Source: Chrysochromulina tobinii
Taxonomy: Eukaryota
NCBI GenBank assembly: GCA_001275005.1
Contig: JWZX01003295.1
Location: forward strand, 1 to 34,698
DNA: 34,698 bases
Direction of reading: 5' to 3'
Both the position numbers and the translations under genes were made by a program. Below, piece after piece: positions 28,746 through 34,698 of the stretch. Position 1 is the stretch's first letter. Each line of letters starts with the position of its first letter. The notes beneath the pieces were generated by a model, which was given only the letters and a program-made list of their open reading frames with translations, was not told the origin of the DNA and did no database searches.

Positions 28746-31700
28746 ATGGTAAACTGGGACTTCGGCGTGCCTCACTTCGCCGCTAAAATCGAGTGCGACT
28801 GCTTGGGATGCCGGTCGGAACGTCAACTCGAACCAAAGACGGGCGAGGAGACCGCGACCGGCCCGCGGCTCCCGCCTCTGCCCCCGCTCGCCGAGAATGC
28901 CATCCTCGAGCCAGGCGAGATCGTCGAGCGCGACAAGCCGGTGCTCACGATGTTCGCGGGCTCGTACCTCGCACCGCTGCTTCCTATGACCCGCTCGACG
29001 ACGTGGGAGATACGCCGAGGTGCGATCACCTCTCTTGCGCGCCTCTCGGATGACCACCTGCGGGCGGCGGTCGCGGCCCTGCGTAGCTTTAAGGGCCGGT
29101 CGGTGCTCGTCGACATCATGGAGTACTGCTCAAGTCAGCTCGTCGACGCGGTGGCGCGGCGCGAGGCAGTCGAGGGACTTGTCAATCTGCTCGGGCACAC
29201 GCACGCGCAGAGCGAGCTCCGCGCCGAGGGGCTGCTACCGGACCTCCTCATCCTCCTAAGGTACGTCGAGACAGACTCGGGGATGAAGCTCAGGTTTCCG
29301 ATGTTCATCCGCGGCATCGAGGGGCTGTGCCGGAACCGGAAGCTCGCGATGCTCATGGTGCGCGTCGGCTTCGGCCCCGATCTGCTCCGCGTGGCTTCGG
29401 ACCTCTCGGGTGGCGCAGGCCTGATCGCGGCGGGGGTGCGGAGCGCGGCTGTGAATGCGCTCATCTCGATGTCGCAGAACCCGGAGGCTCGGGTGCAGTT
29501 GAAGAATGAAGGGGCGCTCGTGCTCGCCACCGATCTACTGCGCAGCGAACTTCATGAGCTGCGGCGCAGTGGCGGCACCCTAGCGTGCAACCTTTGCCTC
29601 CACCCGGATAACCGCCTGGACGCGCTGCGTTCCCCACTGCTTGAGCAGATGATCATCTCCGCGTCCACCCCCAAACCGGGCGAGGATGCCGACCTGGCCC
29701 TCGCGCTCGCGTCGCTGGTGGCGGACGTGCAGCTCGTGCGCTCGCTCTCGTCCCCGGCCATGTGCAACGCGCTCCTCGCGCTCCTGCGGCACGGCTCTCG
29801 CGAGGGCTGCCGTCACGCGGCGTGGGCGAGTTCCAACCTAGCGAGCTCTCGACCGGTGGCGCCCTCGATGCTGCAGCCCGAGTTCCTGGACGTGCTCCTC
29901 TGCTTGTGCGAGGACAACACGGCCTCGGCTGCCGCGCTCCTCGGCGGCCGGCGCACCGACAAGCAGTGCAAGCGTGACGCTAAGAAGACGCTGTGCTGGC
30001 TCGCTCCCCTGGCGCTTCGCGAGCTTCAGTCAGGCTTGGCAGTCCGTCGTCGGCTCGTGAAGCTCATCGTGCGCTGCGCCGAGTCGACCGATCCGGAGAT
30101 TCAGTCGTCGGGGCTGCTGGTGCTTGGGGTGTGGTCCGAGACCCTCGCGCTGCACGACGAGCTTGTGAAACACGGCATGCTCCTGCCTCTCACCTTGGCC
30201 ATCTCGGCGCCCACGCGCCATGCCGAGCACTCGCCCGTCGCCCATCTGCGCGGCGCACGGGCGCTGGCATGCCTCACCGTGCACCAGCACTACCACCGCA
30301 ACCTCTCAGAGGATGGCGTCGTCGCGCCGCTGCTCCAGCTGCTTTGTTCGTGCAACCAGATGGTTCGTGTGTACGCGGGCCGCGCGGTGCTGAACCTCTC
30401 TCGCAACGTGCATGCCGCGCTCGAACTCGTGCGGCAGGGGGGTCTGGCCACGCTCCTCATCATCCGGCGCGGCGACGACCCGTCCTTCTCGAAGGCTCGC
30501 TTGGCGCTCGATCCGGACGGCGCTCTGCAGCCGCAACGCACGGCCGCTCTCATGCTGGCCCGGAAGGAGGCGGCTGAGGCCGAGGCGGCGGCCGAGGCGG
30601 CAGCGACGAGCGCGACGGCCAAGACGGACGCGGCCGTGGCCGCGGCGATCGCCGCGGTTCGCCCAGCCGACGCCGAGGCGGCGGCGGCGGCGGCGCGCCG
30701 GTCGGCTGAGCTGTCGACGCTCGAGCGCGAGTACGCTTGACACGTGTCCGATCACACGACCCTCTCATTTCCGAGGATTGCCCCCTGATGGCCAGTGATT
30801 GGATCCCTCATCAGACCCTCTAATGTCCGAGGATTGCCCCCTGATGGCCAGTGATTGGATCCCTCATCAGGTACGCTCGACAGGCGTCCAACAACCTTCT
30901 GCGAGCGTGGGAGCTGCAGGAGGAGAAGATGGCCGTAGATGATCGACACTTGGAGATGCTGTGGCAGGACTTGCTCTACCTGCACCAGCAGATTACCGGG
31001 CTCACTGCCCGGGAGTTGGCCCGTCAGCATCAACGTGAGCGTCTGAATCGCAACGAGGACCCCGACGTCGTCGCCGTCAAGCACGACGTGCCCGAGTCGG
31101 AAGTCGTAGCGCCGCACAATGCGTCCGCGGCGCGTGTGGTCGCGGAGAGCGTACGATTAAAGGCCAGAATCGCTGTCCATGCGCCGGTGCTCATTGCCTG
31201 CCTGTACGGCTGGCACTATCTCGCGGCGATCAGAAAGACGGGGACGGAGCTCGATCAACGCATGCGCGCGGCGGGCATCCTACAGCAAGCCAACAAGAAT
31301 CATCAAAAGCGGCGGCGCGTGGCCAAAGCGACTCGCATTCAAGCTGGCTACCGCGGATGGAGCTGTAGGCGCAAGCTTCGGAGGGCGGCCTTGGAAGGGG
31401 GCGAAGACGCAGACCTCGCCCGCGCCGCCGCCTCCATCGGGCGGTCCCGTGATCGATGGAATTCCGTGCGATCCATGGAATTGAGCCCCATCACGATTGA
31501 TGAAGCGATTGATGCGGCAGCGGCCGGCGGCGACCTCGAAGACGACGCCGCGCCGCCGCTGCTGCCACCACACGTAAATTCGAGATACGATCGGTTGTCA
31601 CCGTCGCGGTTCACGCCGCTGCCATCGCCGGCAGCGACCAGCCCCGCGCATGCCAAGGCTTCCAGTAATGAAGGCAAGGCACTCGAATCGAATATGGAAG

Positions 31701-32584
31701 GTCACCTGCCTAATTTGGAAGGAGGCACGCCCCAGACCGAGGCACGTCCCGCGGAGCCAGCGCCGGTCTTTGGTTCAATTTTCGGCTCGAGCGAGTACTT
31801 CAAGGATTTGGAGGTGGAGGTGCCGTTGCAGCGCCCCAGGCAACGTATCTCCAGGGCAGTAGCGGCAGCCAATGCGGCGGCGGCAGTCAAGGCGAAGGCC
31901 GAGGCGAAGGCGAAGGCGAAGGCGGAGGCCGAGGCAGCGGCAGCCAAGGCGACGGCCGAGGCCGAGGCGGCGGCGGCCGAGGCAGCCAAGGGGGTGGCCG
32001 AGGCGGGGGCAGCCAAGGCGGTGGCCGAGGCAGACGCGGCGGCGGCCGAGGCCGAGGCTGCGGCGGTGGAGACGGCGGCGGCCGAGGCAGCCAAGGGGGT
32101 GGAGGTCGAGGAAGCGGCGGAGGTCGAGGAAGCGGCGGTGGCGGGCTCGGGAAATGAGAACTTCGAAGCGACCCAATTTGGAGTTCAATCACCTGAGGCG
32201 CGTGAGGCGTCTGAGGCGTCTGAGGCGCCCTTGGGCGTGGTTTCTGCAGCTGCCGCCGCGACGGAAGAGCCCTCCGAATGGGTGCACTCCGTTCAGGATG
32301 ACGAGCACTCCGAGGCGGCGCTTGAGGCGACGATGGCGGAGCTGCGAGCGCGCGAGGCGGTGCTTGAGGAGACGATGGATGAGGAACTCGCTGAGGAGAT
32401 GGCTGGAGGTGTGCAGCTCGCTGAGGAGATGGCTGGAGATGTGCAGCTCGCTGAGCCGGAGGCTCCGGGAGATGTGCAGCTCGCTGAGCCGGAGGCCGAG
32501 GAGATGGCGGGAGATGTGCAGCTCGCTGAGCCGGAGGCTCCGGCCGAGCCTGTAGCTGAGGTGGACGCAGACGCGGAGCCGTAG
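28746..32584 (+). CDS. Armadillo-repeat protein with IQ calmodulin-binding motif and Ala/Glu-rich tail; exons 28746-30730 and 30871-32584
   Basis: ARM-like helices (AVNALISMSQNPEARVQLKNEGAL, AAWASSNLA, GVVAPLLQLL..AGRAVLNLS). Intron 30731-30870 joins GA+G=Glu in frame. IQ motif ATRIQAGYRGWSCRRKL; VQLAE repeats. Confidence 0.75.
30759..30870. repeat. 56-bp tandem repeat x2 ending in gatccctcatcag, supplying the intron acceptor
   Basis: ccgaggattgccccctgatggccagtgattggatccctcatcag at 30771 and 30827. Confidence 0.9.
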
Positions 32585-33072
32585 GCTGTGGCTCGGGTGG
32601 GCGCGCGAAGTGGTGCCTGGTCGCACGTTGGCGGCGTGTCGGCACAGGCAGTTGGAAGAGGCAACAGCGCCCCGTGGGGCGATGGCTGATGGCTCCGAGA
32701 CAGTCGCGCCGCACGTGACGAAAACGTACGTTTAATATATTATACGTACACGAACACCTACTCACCTGAAAAGTTTGTCTTTTGTCTCACTGGACCGTAC
32801 CTAACGAGTTACTAACGAGGCGGGCGACCCTTCGGGCGGCTAGAACTCCCCCGCAGCCCGCTGGCGAGGGCCGAGGGGCGGTTCGTTCGTCGTTCCTGTT
32901 TAGGACACCGGACCGCGTATCGGTGCCTCTTGACTTGACTTGACATGACTTGCCCTTCCTCAGCATTCACGAGCGCGCAAACCAAGAGCGTCACAGTCGG
33001 TCCCATGCGGTCCTGGCTCGAGCTATCGGAAGCGTTGCGGAACAATTTCACCAGTGTTTACCCCTAGAATTT

Positions 33073-34058
33073 ATGCCAGTCAGCCACCGCACGCTCTCGC
33101 TCGCCAGCGCGGCGGATCCCGAGGAGCGCCAATGCCGCATCTGCTTCGACATCAATGACCCGGAATCGCTCATCGCCCCGTGTCTGTGCTCTGGCACGCA
33201 ACGATGGATTCACCGAGCGTGTCTCGACGAGTGGAGGGCGCAGGAGCGAGTGCCGCGTGCATTCTCTCATTGCCCTACCTGCCGCTTTGAGTATCTTACG
33301 GCCTTGCACGAGTCGGAGGAGGCCTCACGATCGCGTTCCGTGCGGTTTCGCATGTTCGTTGTGCGCGACACCATTCTTGTGTTCGCGGGCGTGCAGAGCA
33401 TCCTCGCGCTCGTGGGTCTCCTCATCCACCTATGCGACAGGTCGGGCGCTGTGCAGAGCCTCTACCCGCGCTCGTGGGCCGCACGCACGGCAGCAGAGCA
33501 CCTGGCAATCGGGCCTTACTACATGAGCGCCGTCGTGGTATGCCTTGCGTTGCTCGGGCTGATCAGCATGTGGCTGCAGCACACTGGCCGGCTGCCTGCG
33601 ACGCCGCCGCGGGCTGCCATCGTGCGACGGCACGAGCCCGTAGCGCCAACTTGCGACGTGTGCTGCAACGGCTGTGTGAGCAGCAGCGGCTGCGACGTGG
33701 ATTGCCAAAGCTGCTGTGCCGTGTGCGAGGGCGGAGGCGGCGGCTGTGCGCTCGAAGGTTGTGGCGCGTGCGACGCCAGCGGCTGCGCGGCCGAGGGCGC
33801 CGGCGTACTGGTCCCGCTCACAATGGTCGCACTGCTGATTGCTTCGCTGTCGTGGGCGTCTTCTACGCACTGTTCTTTGCAACGATTGTGATGCAGCGGC
33901 TGGCACAGCGCCACGTGCACCTGCTGCAAATGCGGAGCGAGACGAATCGCGTGGTCGTGTGTGACCTCGCGCACGAGGGCAGAGAGGGCTCGCTTCAGCG
34001 CAGCTCGAGCAAGGCCCCCATCGCCATGCCCATGGAAGGGATCGCCATGCGCGTGTGA
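33073..34058 (+). CDS. RING-CH (RINGv, MARCH-like) membrane E3 ubiquitin ligase with a 1-nt frameshift near 33840
   Basis: CRIC..LIAPCLCSGTQRWIHRACLDEW..CPTC, two TMs and a Cys-rich segment. The conserved-looking end FAVVGVFYALFFATIVMQRLAQRHVHLL lies in the -1 frame. Confidence 0.8.
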
Positions 34059-34385
34059 TACGTGGGCAATCGTTCTTCGCTGCATAATTTTCCAAGAGCT
34101 AAAAGCACCAGAAACGGGTGAACCGTCGGAAAATCTCCTGTATCTTCATGTTTAACTTCATATTCGAAAAAAGCCTTTTTTGGAATGTTTATTTCGTATT
34201 TTTCGGACTCCTCATCAGAAGCACTAGGAGTCGAAAGGTCTGCAACCTGCTGCAGGCTCGGGCAAACTTGCCTGCGCATGCGGGCCTATGGGAATTCATC
34301 ACCTTTCAGTCTCGTTCACGCGGTGCTTCGGAGTACCTCTCCAGCATCAGATGAACGACAAATACCCACTCCATCTTCCCCGCCC

Positions 34386-34671
34386 ATGAGCATTGCAAAG
34401 TTCCGCGAGAGGGAACGACAAGAGATGGAAGCAGTTCGGGTCAGGAATGAGTCTGCCGAATTCCACAGCGCAGAGGAGTTTTTGGAGAGGCAGAGCCTAC
34501 TGGTGCTGCCCGGCAGGGGCGGAGGAAGAAAGCTCCGCCACGCTTGCCAGCACGGGAAGCTGGAGGAGGCCCGTGAGCTGCTCGCGTGTGGCTGCCAGCC
34601 AACGTCGACTGACGAGGCATTCGAGCGCACCGCCCTGCACTGGGCAGCGTGGAGCGGCGATGTCGAAGTCG
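34386..34671 (+). CDS. Ankyrin-repeat protein, first exon (partial, gene continues beyond the window)
   Basis: Not in the ORF track because it has no stop. Reads MSIAKFRERE...KLRHACQHGKLEEARELLACG..TDEAFERTALHWAAWSGDVEV, then a likely donor gtgagc at 34672. An upstream in-frame ATG exists at 34278. Confidence 0.75.
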
Positions 34672-34698
34672 GTGAGCTGCTTTTTACGCACCCTTCAA

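Noticed and set aside
9796..32584. Calcium/endomembrane gene cluster (CAX, EF-hand kinase, PIPK, IQ protein, Snf7, RING-CH)
   Set aside because: Unrelated genes are interspersed, and eukaryotic adjacency without synteny or co-expression data is not evidence.

Overview
Gene-dense, GC-rich eukaryotic genomic DNA with short GT-AG introns, several filled with tandem repeats. The CTGATGAGGG..CAATCA and CCCCACAG|GT motifs suggest a haptophyte alga such as Chrysochromulina (inferred from memory of sequence style, not searched). About 16 protein genes: a RETSAT-like FAD oxidoreductase, a chimeric RETSAT-anchor/Snf7 ORF, an O-fucosyltransferase-like GT, a low-complexity orphan, a CAX Ca2+/H+ exchanger, a membrane orphan, a METTL21-like methyltransferase, a 2-TM EF-hand protein kinase, a small signal-peptide orphan, a PIP kinase, TMEM19/DUF92, an N-acylated NACHT-LRR protein, prefoldin 3, an ARM/IQ protein, a RING-CH ligase with a frameshift, and a partial ankyrin gene. 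There is also a convergent pair of decayed SW[YF]DSGxRL-repeat genes. The most notable signals are (1) a young chimeric gene placing the neighbouring RETSAT membrane anchor on an ESCRT-III Snf7 core, (2) a receptor-like kinase with EF-hands on the opposite side of the membrane from the kinase, (3) a repeat motif associated with intron formation, with one empty and one filled copy in the same gene, (4) a ~22-bp intergenic motif found 7 times, mostly as inverted pairs, and (5) a myristoylated NLR-like protein.
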